A stretch of DNA of 64,000 bases, from the NCBI GenBank assembly GCA_024679065.1, contig JAGIQG010000010.1, positions 58,094,001 through 58,158,000 on the forward strand. The letters are read 5' to 3'. This stretch comes from Sphyrna mokarran. Lineage: Eukaryota. Below, one piece after another: positions 25,186 through 36,930 of this stretch. The notes beneath the pieces were generated by a model. That model was given only the letters and a program-made list of their open reading frames with translations. It ran no database searches and had not been told where the DNA came from. The position numbers were made by a program, and so were the translations under genes. The first letter of the stretch is position 1, and each line of letters starts with the position of its first letter.

Positions 25186-25539
25186 TATTAATCATATATT
25201 TTCAATTTAAAATTGATCACAATGGTATGATGGAAATGTTCATCTGTTTGATTCAGCAACATTTCCTACTGTTGTGCAGGAGATGCATTGAAGGAAAGGA
25301 AAAGACCAAATGATGAGAAGAAGCTAACAGAATTATTTAAGTTTCACAGGTTCCTTGCTGAAAATAATCAAAGGAGGTTTACTGGTAGAAGAGGGAGATA
25401 CAGGTCAATGCATATGCCTTATGCTTCCTCTGGGCTGCACCATTTCAAACAATTCTCCCAACTCACTTTCTGACCCTGTGTACCCCAATCTGTCCATTTT
25501 AAGTTCTCAACCCCTGAAAATTAACAGAGTGCAAACTTT

Positions 25540-25765
25540 TTTTCTGATAGGTCATACAGTTAATGTGGTTAGAATGTGGAACTCACTAACAGATGGAGTA
25601 ATTTAGGTGACTGGTGTCATTTTACTTATGGGGAAGCTAAGTAAGAACATGAGGAAGGAAGGAATTGAAGGAGATGTTAATCATATACAAAGAAGTAAAT
25701 TAGAGTAGCAGGAGATTCATGTGGAGCATAAACACCTTTGTAGGGCTGTTTCTGTGCTGCAATAT
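25540..25765 (+). mobile_element. CR1 3' end relic
   Basis: VVRMWNSL motif; tail gggctgtttctgtgctgcaata. Confidence 0.7.
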
Positions 25766-25839
25766 TATGAAATGCTCTGAGTTGAGCATCTGATACATCG
25801 GTATTGTCTGCAGCATCTAGTACCCGAGGGGAAACCCAC

Positions 25840-26150
25840 CACCCAGTTAAAGATATGAATCCTATTTAGCCAATGCCTCCTTCCCACAGCTTGATATGGT
25901 GTTGCCCCCCGAGGATGTGTCACATGCCCCAGGTTCCTAGTAAGCATCTGATAGGAGATAAGCTTAATGCAGTGGTAATCTCACACTTCTGTAGGAGTCC
26001 TTTCTCTGGCTGTTGTCAGCAAGTCATTATGCAGCAGATATCACAACCTGTCTTGTAAAATATAGCCATTGAAAATGATTGCTGCCTTATATGTCCAGAT
26101 TGATATCTATCAGTGTAGTTCCCAGGCTAGAGATGTCATTGGGTGTCATT
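25840..26150 (-). mobile_element. Possible PIF/Harbinger transposase N-terminal relic
   Basis: Broken minus-strand translation TRQVV..NDL..TARERT..ITTALS loosely resembles the HARBI1-type N-terminus. Confidence 0.35.
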
Positions 26151-26229
26151 GTAAACATACTTGGTGGTCTCTCATCAACTCTTTGTCTTGATCTGAAGCA
26201 GCCAGCACGTTCAAAATCCAAAATAGAAT

Positions 26230-27985
26230 TCCTATGCATGAGGGCAAAAAGAGTGGAATTTGCAGGGACATGGTCCATAATCTTCCTATCCTTCTTAGAT
26301 ATAGGACTGCATTACATCCAGAGGACTTGAGAATTGCAAATATTACAATCTTGTTTAAAAAAGGATGTAAGGATAAATCCAACAATTACAGGCTAGTCAG
26401 GTTAACCTCAGAGGCAGGAAAACATAACAAAATTGATAGTCACTTGGGCAAATGTGGATGAATCAAAAAAGCCAGTATGGATTTGTTTAAAATAAATCAC
26501 AGAATCCCCATGGTGTAGAATGAGACCATTTGGCCCATTGAGTCCGCATCGACTCTTTGACAGAGCATCTCAACCAGGCCTATCCCTGTAACCCCACATA
26601 TTCATCCCACTAGTCCCTAATCTACACAGTTTGGCACACTGAGGGGCAATTTAGCATAGTCAATCCACCAATCTGCACATCTTTGAATGTTTTACCTATC
26701 ATTTTTACTTAAAAATCATTTTTACCTAACTTGTTTGTTTTTTGATGAGGTAAAAGGGAGGATTGGTAATGTGGTCTATAACAGTGTTTATTAAAGTGTC
26801 ATATAATAGTGTTGTCACCAAAGTTAAGGCCCATCGAATAAAATAAAGGTACCATAGGTACACAGTTGGTTGAGTGACTGGAAATGGTTAGTAGTGAATG
26901 GTTGTTTTTTTGGACTGGAAGAGGAGCATAATAAAGATTTCCATGAGTAGATACTCGGTCTACTGCTTTCCTTGATAAAAAATGAGCTATATTTGGATGT
27001 AGCAGGCATAATTTAAAAATTTGGAGTTTTTAAATTGTCATCAAGTATCAAATAAAAATGCAGGTAATCCTTTTAAAACACACGCTGTCCAGCTGCTCAC
27101 AACAATGATTTCATATAAGGAGTCAAGACACAAAACTTCAAAGTGCTGTGAACTATGGAAAAAATAGTGCTAAAGTTGAAGAGGATATGGACAAGCTCAT
27201 AGAATGAACAGATACATGGCAGATGAAAGTTAATGCAATGAAGTGTAGTAGGAAAACATGCCAATGAGCAATATAAATTCAAGGATACAATTCTAAAGGG
27301 GATGCAGGAGCAGAAGGACCTTGCAGATGTATGTGCACAAATCATGGAAGATGGCAGGGCAGCTTGAGAAGATATTAGAAAGAATCCTAGGCTTTATAAA
27401 TGGAGGCATGGTGTTCAAAAATAAGAAGTTTATGATGAAACTTTTATAAAAGCCTCAACTGGAGCATTGTATCCAATTTGGGCAAAGCAGCTTAGAAGGA
27501 TGTGAAAACTTTAATGAGCGTAATGAAAGATCAATGGGAGTGATTTTCGGAATGAGGAACTTCAGTTACATGAATAGAATAGAGAAGTTTCATTGTTTCT
27601 CTTAGAGAAGAAAGGTTTTGTTAGAGATGTTCAAAATTATAAGGGGTTTAGACAGAGCAGATCAGGAGAAACTATTCCCGATGATCGAAGAATCAAGAAT
27701 CCAAGGACACCTATTTAAGGTGAAGAGCAAAAGAAGTCATGGTTTCATAAGCATGGTTCCAATGGCATTTGGTTCAGATTTGGAATGCATTGCCTGAGAG
27801 TGTGGCAAAGGTAGCTTCAATCATGGCTTTCAAAAGGGAATTAGATAAGTACCTCATGAGAAAAAAATTGCAGAGCTACAGGAAAAGGACAGTGAGACTA
27901 GCTGAGTTTCTCTTGTAACAAGTTAGCACGTGCAGTACAGGCCAATTGACCTCCTGTGTAGCAATCATTCTATGATTCCATGATT
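26230..27985 (+). mobile_element. Degenerate CR1 LINE (RT to 3' end) with nested SINE
   Basis: PEDLRIANITILFKKGCKDKSNNYRLVRLTS; later W...WQM and LEHCIQF motifs; tail cctcctgtgtagcaatcattctatgatt. Confidence 0.9.
26499..26686 (-). mobile_element. 5'-truncated HE1-like SINE nested in CR1
   Basis: cagaatccccatggtgtagaatgagaccatttggccc...ggggcaatttagcatag...ctgcacatctttg. Confidence 0.85.
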
Positions 27986-28362
27986 AACATTTTGCATGGT
28001 GCTCTTTAAGTGCAGCAGCTAACAATAATGAAAGGAATGGGAATAGGGTTAAAACAAAAGGCTGAGTTGCCAGCAAAGTAATTAAAATGTGGTGCAAATT
28101 AGATTTTGAAAAGTGCTAGAAAACCTGGGCCAGGATCTTCCACAAAGTGATGATTATTGAGAGATTCTCACTCCATTCAGACTTTTCAAAACCCAAACTG
28201 TGCTCCATTTGTATAGCCAGATTTCCTGAGCCCAGCTTTTTTAGAAATGCAGAACATACAGTCACATAAAGATCTCCATTGCAGCGAGGTAGTGTTGGGG
28301 CAAAGACGAGACACATTTCCTTTTTATGGTACTAGCTGCCATATGTTAAGATCAAGGATCTG

Positions 28363-28570
28363 AGCCAGAATTCTCCAGCTAGTCATGCCAGTGGAATTCA
28401 CTGGTCCCGCTGGCAGCATACTTCCACCCGTTGGTTACCTGCCAGCGTGGAGTGACATCAACAGGAATTCCCATTGATAGCAGCGGGACCAGAGAATCCT
28501 GCTATTAACAGACAATGCACCAGCTCCTGTTGGTGGGAAACTCACGCTGGGAGGCCAGAGAATCTCACCT
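28363..28570. mobile_element. Harbinger-type MITE
   Basis: Imperfect TIRs gccagaattctcc ... agagaatctcacc; internal inverted ctggtcccgctg / cagcgggaccag. Confidence 0.65.
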
Positions 28571-29647
28571 GTAGTATGAATATTAGTGGATGATTGGATG
28601 AAAGCGAGTGAGTGAGCAGATGAATGAATGAATGGGTAGGATGGCAGGTGGATGAGGTGGTGGGGATTGGTGGGGTGGCAGGGGGTTGGGTGGTAGTAAT
28701 CAGGTTGGGTCAGAGAACTTAGTTAAGTTGGTGGGGATGGGTGTAGCCAGGTAGGGAGGGTTAGTCAGGGGGTTGGCTGGGGTGTCAGGGGAATTCACAG
28801 GGTGGTTCAGTGTACGTAATTAGAGGGTTCTAACATTACCAAGGTGTGAGATTAGGATTTTCCTGCCTACTATTTTCTCAGTAACTATCCAGATAAATTC
28901 GACAGAACTATCCAAAGTCTCCGACTCTAACTCAAAGTCAATGAGCTTTGTAGAGGGACTCACCATGCAGGGGAATTGCCCATCAATAGATCAAACTTCA
29001 TCTGTAATTCCCACCAAGGTAAGCACATTGAGACTTTTGCTGGATCCTGGCGTACAGCTTGGATAATACTTCTGATCTCCAACAATCCAGATACCAAAAT
29101 TCAGACCATGTTTTCCCACATTAACCACTAACTTTCTTTTAAGAGATGTGCAACTGCAGGCCAGGCCTCAGGATGCCCATGCATCCATTTCAAATAGGCA
29201 GACAGGTGAATGTGTGTGTCCCGCACATGGTAAAGAATTCTAGCAGTGGGCTGTATTTCACTAATTTCTCAATGCAGATGAGGACCGTGAATGGCAGCAT
29301 TGGGGAAATTTCTCTGGAGTCGCAATTGTGCTTCTGAAGCTGACTGATAATGCAGTGGTAGCAGGCTTCATTTCTCACTCTCTCAGACCCTTCATTGCCT
29401 GCACAGGCCTGCACTACCATGCTTCCTTTAGAAACATATTCAATTGTATTAGTTATTCATGCAATGTGTGACCAAATGTTAAATTGCTGGTTCACAACCT
29501 TGATTCATCATCAGGTAAGTTTGTGATCTCTGGCAGATGAATTATAGCGCAACAGTGGCAAAGACTTGGGAGCAGGTGAACCTGGCTAGTAAATGGTACA
29601 TAAATTACATTTTAATCTAAATAAAGATTATAACTTCTGTGGTTCGA

Positions 29648-29991
29648 ATCTGACAATGCAGAAGGAGACCATTCAGCCCATCATGTTTACACCAACTTTC
29701 TGAAAGAGAATCTTATCCAGACCCAACCGTGCCATTCCCACAGCCACACATTTACCCTGCTAATCTCCCTAGCCTACGCATCTTTGTACACTAAGGGGCA
29801 ATTCAGCATGACCAATCCACCTAACCCATACATCTTTGGACTGTGACAGGAATCCAGAGCTTCCAGAGAAAACTCATGCAAGCATGGGGAGAACATGCAA
29901 ACTCCACACAGACAGTCATCCAAGGTTGGAATTGACTTGGGTCTCTGTCACTGTGAGACAATGGTGATAATACTGTGCCACCATGCTGCCC
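29648..29991 (-). mobile_element. Full-length HE1-like SINE
   Basis: Reverse complement of head, V-domain and CR1-type tail; ends ctgtgccaccatgctgccc. Confidence 0.9.
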
Positions 29992-30673
29992 AGAGTGGGG
30001 AAACTTTATAATCTATGTGCTCATATTTCCTGATGTCCTTGAGTTGACTCCAACTTGGAGTTCAGTATTTTTGTCTTGGGAAATGAATATTCACAGGAGA
30101 AAAGTAATGATTAGGGCACTGATCACCAATGAGACGGCTTTAGAAATAAGTGTACACAGTTCTGTTTGGATGTTTGGTTAAATTAAGTGCTGAAATATGA
30201 ATTGTCCTCTGTATGGTTGAAAATAATTATGAAGTTTTCCCATGAAGAATTACAGGGACACATGTAATTGAGTTATTGGTTACAATGAGCACCTACACAG
30301 TAGTATATCTATTTAGAATTGAGGCAACATTTTCCATGTTCTAAATGTTCAGACACAAAAATATAATCAAACCGAGAAAATTCAATGGCATTTCAAAGAA
30401 CAAAGAACATTTGTGACATTTTAATTTTTATTAAGACAGATGTAAGCAATATGAATGTGGGCAATGTGCAAAAATGTTCTTGTTGGCAGCATCGGGAAAT
30501 ATGATAACAAACCAATAAAAATATAAATTTCTAACAAAATTTTAACTTTCATTATTTTGAGTTTTGAAACAACATATATCCTCTATTGTTGGTCATTAAT
30601 ACTATAGTTATCCTTGTAACACAAACCATTATGTATCGTTATTTATATCATTTCTCCTCGATTTTTTTTAAGT

Positions 30674-30714
30674 CCCTAACTTTTGTTTATGTTGCTTTTT
30701 TGTTTTGATTTCAG
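30674..30714 (+). promoter_or_regulatory. Branch point, polypyrimidine tract and 3' splice site
   Basis: ccctaac (branch A about 30679), T-rich tract, tttcag|G. Confidence 0.8.
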
Positions 30715-30924
30715 GTCCTCCCTTGCCTTGTTCTTCTGCTTCATCAACCCCAGTAGAGCAGTACCTCTCCCATCCCCCTCCTTCTGAAGTCAATGAGAGC
30801 CAGCGGAGGTTGCTCAGCAATAACATGACCCAGCCAAACCGAGACTCTGACTCTGATGAGGAGTTTGTTCCCAACTCTTTCTTGGTTAAAACTGGTTCTG
30901 GAAACCTGTATGTTCCCACAAGTG
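30715..30924 (+). CDS. TENM4: Teneurin-4 intracellular-domain exon (210 bp, phase 1-1)
   Basis: [65 protein letters not shown] closely matches, from memory, mouse Ten-m4 [62 protein letters not shown]; acceptor tttcag and donor G|gtgagt. Confidence 0.93.
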
Positions 30925-31439
30925 GTGAGTTAGTCGATTTATATTGTTTCCTTATTATAGTGATTGCCTTTCTACTTTCATCTCCCTGTGCTGTGACGAT
31001 TAGCAAAACTTTACACCAAATACAGCATTATTAATAACCACAGATCAGTTTTGTCTAACGCTAAGTAACTGGTTACTTGCATGATGTTTTATGATTAACC
31101 AGCCATTGTCTGAAAATTAAAGAGTAAATAAGTTACTTAAATTAGATTTGTCCTTTTCCTTGATTCTAGTTATTGTCCATGTTCTTAAATTAGCTTAATT
31201 CCAGTTGTGATTCATTTTACAACTTGTAATATTGCCTATGCACGTTCATGGTTTCAGAAGATTGGTCCATTGAATTACCAAACAATTCATGTTCCAAACG
31301 TGGCTAATTGACTCAGAAAATCATTCTGCCCACAATACTTACAGTTACAATTAGTTTGATATTTTTAAAGAAAAATGAATAGAAGTGATAAAACTAACGA
31401 TAATTTCTGACTTGCACCTAAAAGAATGATTTGCTATGC

Positions 31440-32100
31440 TGTCTACTTTTCATGTAAAGGAGGGCCTCAGAGTATTTTAGAAAAGGTAGTTGGAGGGAGG
31501 TAGCGTTGTTCAAGCAGGAAGTAAGGAATCAAAGGGGGTTACTGAAAGCACCTTTGAAGAGATGGCCTTTAGGAGGATTTTGAAGGGAACAAGACAAAGG
31601 GCGCTAAGAAAAACATTGGATTCCTATAAAGGAAAAGCAGTAACCTAGAATCTGAAGAAAGCATGGTGAAATATTACCTAAAAGGGGGAAAAAAAAACTA
31701 GGAAGATTTTAAGGATGAGGATCATGAAAGTAATTTATTGGGCATAGCAAACTAGTGTTGCTGAATGAAGAATAGGTGTGTTAGATTTGTGTAGGAGGGC
31801 TAGAGTCCTGGGATAGTTGATATCTGTGAAGGGTGGAGCTGGGCTGCTGTTCAGTGTATGAAATATCTAGTAAAGTCTTGGATGATAAAAATTCATGAAT
31901 AAATTATTCAGCAGTGAAGGAGTGATTTTCGACGAGTTAAAGAAGGCAGTCAGTGACTTATTTAATCTGAGATTAAAAAGCTGAACACAATTGAACTGGG
32001 TACCAAGGTTGCACACCAAGCAGTTCAGATTGAATCAACAGCCAGAAACATGTGCATTGATGCTGGCCAGAAGAAAACAGGATGCCAGGGAGTAAACAAT
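31440..32100 (-). mobile_element. Old L2-like LINE relic
   Basis: Purine-rich; ctttaggaggattttgaagg, aaagtcttggatgataaaa and accaaggttgcacac motifs typical of reversed L2. Confidence 0.5.
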
Positions 32101-32209
32101 ATCAGGATTTAATGTTAGATTGGCTTTGAATAGCCACTAATGCACCCTGGAGTGTTGCCTGTCTGCACCTAGGAAGATCCTGATAATCACATTTGAGTTC
32201 ATCTATTTT

Positions 32210-32372
32210 TGTGATGGGGGATAAATATTGCCTGTTGGCTCAACCCTGGGGGAAAATTCTCCTGCTCTTTGCTCATGTCTCTTCCCAATGACAGTGCGTC
32301 CAGAGTGCAGCCTTCCCTCTCTCCTGCATTGAAGTGTCAGTCTGGATTATGTACTGAAGTCTCTGGAGTGGC
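32210..32372 (-). mobile_element. Deu-domain SINE fragment (SacSINE1/AmnSINE1-like)
   Basis: gggataaatattg...ctcctgctctt...gtgcagccttccctc...gcattgaagtgtcag is the reverse of the Deu core. Confidence 0.7.
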
Positions 32373-32999
32373 TGCACTTGCAGTAAATAATGTCGACATT
32401 GTCTGTGAGTAGTACCATTTTAGATTACATTACTCAGCCAGAATGACTGGTAGCAATGGTTGCTATGACAAAGAGAAAGCAAAGAAAAAGAAAATCTGGA
32501 TATGAATAGAAAGATTTTCTTGCAAGATAATACAGTAAAATTCCAGCCTGTACTAGTCTTCAAAATGAATTACTGTAAATGGTCCCAACATTCCGATCCG
32601 TGCAGAGGGATTCCAACCATCCAGGGGGATTGCTCTCCAATGTTCATAAGTGCTGAAAGGATAAATTTGGCAAGGATCGTCTCTTCTTCACCCAATTCTA
32701 GTTAAATAGTGCACCAGTGCTCACAAGTGAAACATGGCCCTTTTGTCAAGTTACTGGGGAGCAACTGACATCCATTAAATGGTTGACCATGGAAGGCAAA
32801 ACCTTCACTTGAGGAGCCAAGAAATTTGGAAACAAAATAAAAGCCTTTTGCAACAGTTTTGATATTTGTGCTGAAGGAGAGGGGACATCCCAAGATGCTT
32901 CACTGATCAGTCATTCGAAAATAATTGGATGTCAAAACAAAGAAGGAGACATTAGAGAGATATCCAACAATTTGACCCAAGCACCCTGATACACTTTTC

Positions 33000-33660
33000 T
33001 CTTGGATCTTGCACATCGTCAATCCCACCCCACACCCTCAGCCACATTCACTTTCAAACCAACAAACACCTGCATATTCAATCTCCTATATTCTCTAACT
33101 CCACCCAACAACCTTGTCCTCTCCATACCATCGACTCCGTCCTCACCTTGCCAAACCCACAACTACATCTTTCCAATACCTTCACGTCTGCAACCTTGAC
33201 CCTGCATGCCTCCACTACCCCTTTGCCCTCCTCTTGCCTTCCACTCGTCGCCCTCCCTACGCACTCTGCCCTGTCCACATCCTTCTCCCTCCCCACATCC
33301 TCCACTCTCGCCACACCCTCCACCCCTCCCCATGCCCTCTACCCTCCCCATGCCCTCTGTCTTCAACACTCTCCGTTGCAGCACAGTTCCCACCCTACCT
33401 CTGCCCTCTCAGGCCTCCCCCATCTCCCTAGCCACTCTCATCCTGCACACTCCCTTGACTCCCACACATCCTCGTCCTTGATAATTATCCCCTCCTTATA
33501 GTGTCACCTTTCCATTCCGTCACCCTCCACATCCTTCTACTCCCACCATACTCTTGATTCCTTCCACAGTTTTGGTGCTCTCACCTGTTCCCTCCTCATG
33601 CTTACCCTCCAGATGCTCACCACATCCTCATCTTCTCATGTCTATCATGACATTCGCACA
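33000..33660 (+). repeat. C/T-rich low-complexity tract
   Basis: Strongly G-poor + strand; short repeats such as ccctccccatgccctct x2. Confidence 0.85.
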
Positions 33661-36638
33661 ATAACCCGAAACTCTACCACTGCACAATGTGAGTAGCCAT
33701 TCTGATGTCTTTGATGATGTAGCTCAGTGGCATTTCCAATCTCGCTCTATTGAAAATGTCTGAGATTGTTTATTGCTTCCTCAATTGTTTTTATTGTTGC
33801 TGGCTCATAGATTTTAGATTCTTTTTCCTCAGCAAGATAATAATATATTTTTAACTCTTCATATTGACTAACTCATTATAAATTATGGCCCTTTAAATAA
33901 GCTACTTGGAACAAATATTTTGAATGATCAGTACCCCACTGTTAAATAAATATGAAAAGTTTAACTGAACATAGCACAAAAACAAAATATCAATATAAAA
34001 ATCTTAAATCCATTACTGGAGAGGCAGCACCATTGATTTTGTTGAAAGACCATTTCGTTATGTTGTAGAATGTCTGGGCGACACATCGACTAGACACGGG
34101 TTGAGTGATAATGTGGCTTAATTCATTGTTTTATTGATTTTGTGCTATGTTCAAGTTTCTTTTTTATCTTACAATTTTCTAATTTAGCAGATTATTTTGT
34201 TCTTGTTTAGTAAACAGTGTTGAACCTCCAAATTATTTTTGAGTTGTGTTATTTAAAGGAATAGTCACCAGGATAGACCCTTTTTAAGTAATGGGATCTG
34301 AATAAGACATTATTAGCAATTTGCTCTTCATCTGACCATTGTTAAAATACAAATAAGGTTCAAGCCGATACCATTAACAGCGTAAGTTGGGACAGACATG
34401 ACCCCTAATCGTGTGAGGAAGGATATAAATCATAACATCCGGCTACTCTGCTCCAGATTACCCTTCAGGAAGGTGACCCTGACATTAATGTCAATATCTG
34501 CATGTAAACATCTTCCCCCCAAAAAGTTAGAAGATATGGACAAAAAATTCCAGGGCCACCATTTTCAATGAAAGATAATTTACAAAACATTTTCCTTCTC
34601 TTTTGCAAACATGGTGTAAATTGATCTGCTATCCATCATTTCATCACTGCCTCACGAGGAAAGAAAAGCAAATACAGAAATTTTCTCTTTAAAAAAAAGG
34701 ATAAACGTTTGATCGAGACCTTTTCCTTGTGAAGTCATTTTCCATTCAAAAAAAGATCAACCAGAACATTAGAAACTAGAAATAGAATTCTGTTCAGTTT
34801 TGCGGAGGAAGTTCATCACACTCGAACTAAAGGGCTAAAGAAGTACAGAGGGGGCTGTTTAGATTTGACTCATAGCACTAGCAGCTTGTATTTATGTAAT
34901 TCTTTAACAAGATGAAACGTTCTGAGTTGCTTCATAGGGGCAGTATGTGAGGCTGATATTGAATCTGATTTCATTCTGTCTCTCACGACACGAGTGGGTA
35001 TGAAGGCTGGCAGATCCCACATGCACAATGGCATGAGAAACAAGGTTGGTCTCGACCTGATTCCCACACTGACTGACATCATGAGTGCCATTGCACACAC
35101 AGCAGGTTGAACCACATTGAGAATTCCAGAGAGTCGGCTGAGCTTTGGAAGCTTACACAAACTAAATCAACACAATGGGAGGCTTCCCAAGAGATCTTTC
35201 AGCTTTAAAGTAACGATAATTCTGCATCCGCTCAATTGGAAGATTCTTCAAAAATTCCTGAATCTGCACCAGGGAGTGGGGAGTGGAATGTCCATGCATG
35301 CAGAGACAGAACCACAGAGCTTGTAACCAAGTCCTTTCAACCTGACTTCACTCTGTTTTCCAAGAAGTTGCTACTGAACATGGGTGCAGCCTCTTCACAC
35401 CTTCACAAGCACAGCTGTATCAACAGCCTTGAGTGCCATAAGGGTTCTCATGCAAGAAGAACCACAGCCTCAACAGTCAGCATCTACAGACCAGGGAATA
35501 CCAAGAGCGATAACTACAGTGCAACAGGCTGTGTAGTGTTAGTGCAGGAGACTAGTGCAGGAAGCTAGTAACCAATTTCTGGAACCCTGTTTAATGATGA
35601 CCTGGCCCTTAGGTCCACCCAATGTCCTGTCCTGCCAGTTGCACTGAAGCCTCAGATTCCTTTCAGGTCCTTGCTCTTGCCTGGTGTGGAATGTCCCCCA
35701 TCAACTGCTCCATGATGTAACAGATGCTTTCTTTATGAGGTTAGTTAACTCCATCAGTCTCATAATGGACGCAGCCTCAAAAAAGCAAAGGGTTACTGCA
35801 TTTGCTTCCATGGCCTGATTCTCCCTGGATACAAAGCTTGTGGAAAGCATTGAGGGAGATTTGAAAATAAGAATAAGAATTTTAAAATAAATGGTAGCTC
35901 CAAAGAAAAGTCCTTGGTGGAAGATGGGGCATAAATTCAGTTGTAACATTTTAGCAAATTGGATGTGGACTTGAAAAACAAAGATTTGGGTGATTAAAAA
36001 AAAAGCCAGGGAAAGCGACTGATCGGATAGCTTCTTGAAAGAAGTAGCAGAGGCATGATGGCATGAATGGCCTTCCACTGCTGAGAGATTCTAAACATCT
36101 TATTCCAACAGAACACAATTACCACCATCCCAAAGCCCAGTAGACAACTTGATGCAACTTCTGGCAACAGTGTCAGGCTCCCCGCAGAAATACCACCTGA
36201 TATGTATTTTGCAAGGCTATACTGCAAAGCTGTATTTGTATCTCACAATCGTATATTCAAATGGTAGTTGATCCAAGAAAGAATAAGGGATCTGAAACAA
36301 TGGCTGGAATTTCCTAGCGTGACGCCTCACTGCTGCTGCAAGTGAGGATGTGGAATTTGACACTTAGTCAAATCTTTATTTGCTGCATTTGGACTCGAAA
36401 ATCTCGTAATTTTGCCCATACTATGATTCCCTTTAAAAGCTTCAGAGCTGTCTGGGCCTCCTACAATAGGATGACTCAATTCTGCTTCAAAACCCCAAGG
36501 GTCCACAGACTGGGCAGAACAGTATCAATGTGACATGGGAACTCAGATCTAATATTTCAATAAATCTGGAATTTGAAGGGTCACTGAAAAGCCCAATGAG
36601 TAACATAATAACTTGCAATCTGTAAGCTTTGAAAGGCA

Positions 36639-36930
36639 TGGGCAGCACGGTGACATGATGGTGAGCATTGCTGCCTCACATTGCCAGGGATCCAGATTCA
36701 ATCCCCGGCTTGGGTTACTGTCTATGCGGAGTCTGCATGTTCTACCCATGTCTGTGTGGGTTTCTTCTGGGTGCTCTGGTTTCCTCACACATTCCAAAAG
36801 ATGTGTTGGCCATGCTAAATTCTCCCTCAGTATACCTGAACAGCTGCCAGAGTGTGGTGACTAGGGGATTTTCACAGTAACTTCATTGCAGTGTTAATGT
36901 AAGCCTACTTGTGACACTAATAAATAAATT
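36639..36930 (+). mobile_element. V-SINE with alternative (Rex-like) tail
   Basis: HE1-like head and V-domain, then ctaggggattttcacagtaacttcattgcagtgttaatgtaagcctacttgtgacactaataaa. Confidence 0.9.

Noticed and set aside
30668-31006. 112-aa minus-strand ORF
   Set aside because: Antisense shadow of the TENM4 exon.
33002-33501. Overlapping Pro/Ser/Gly-rich ORFs
   Set aside because: Low-complexity C-rich DNA lacks stop codons by composition.
34870-35800. ORF cluster, possibly another Harbinger-derived relic
   Set aside because: No diagnostic motif could be read with confidence.
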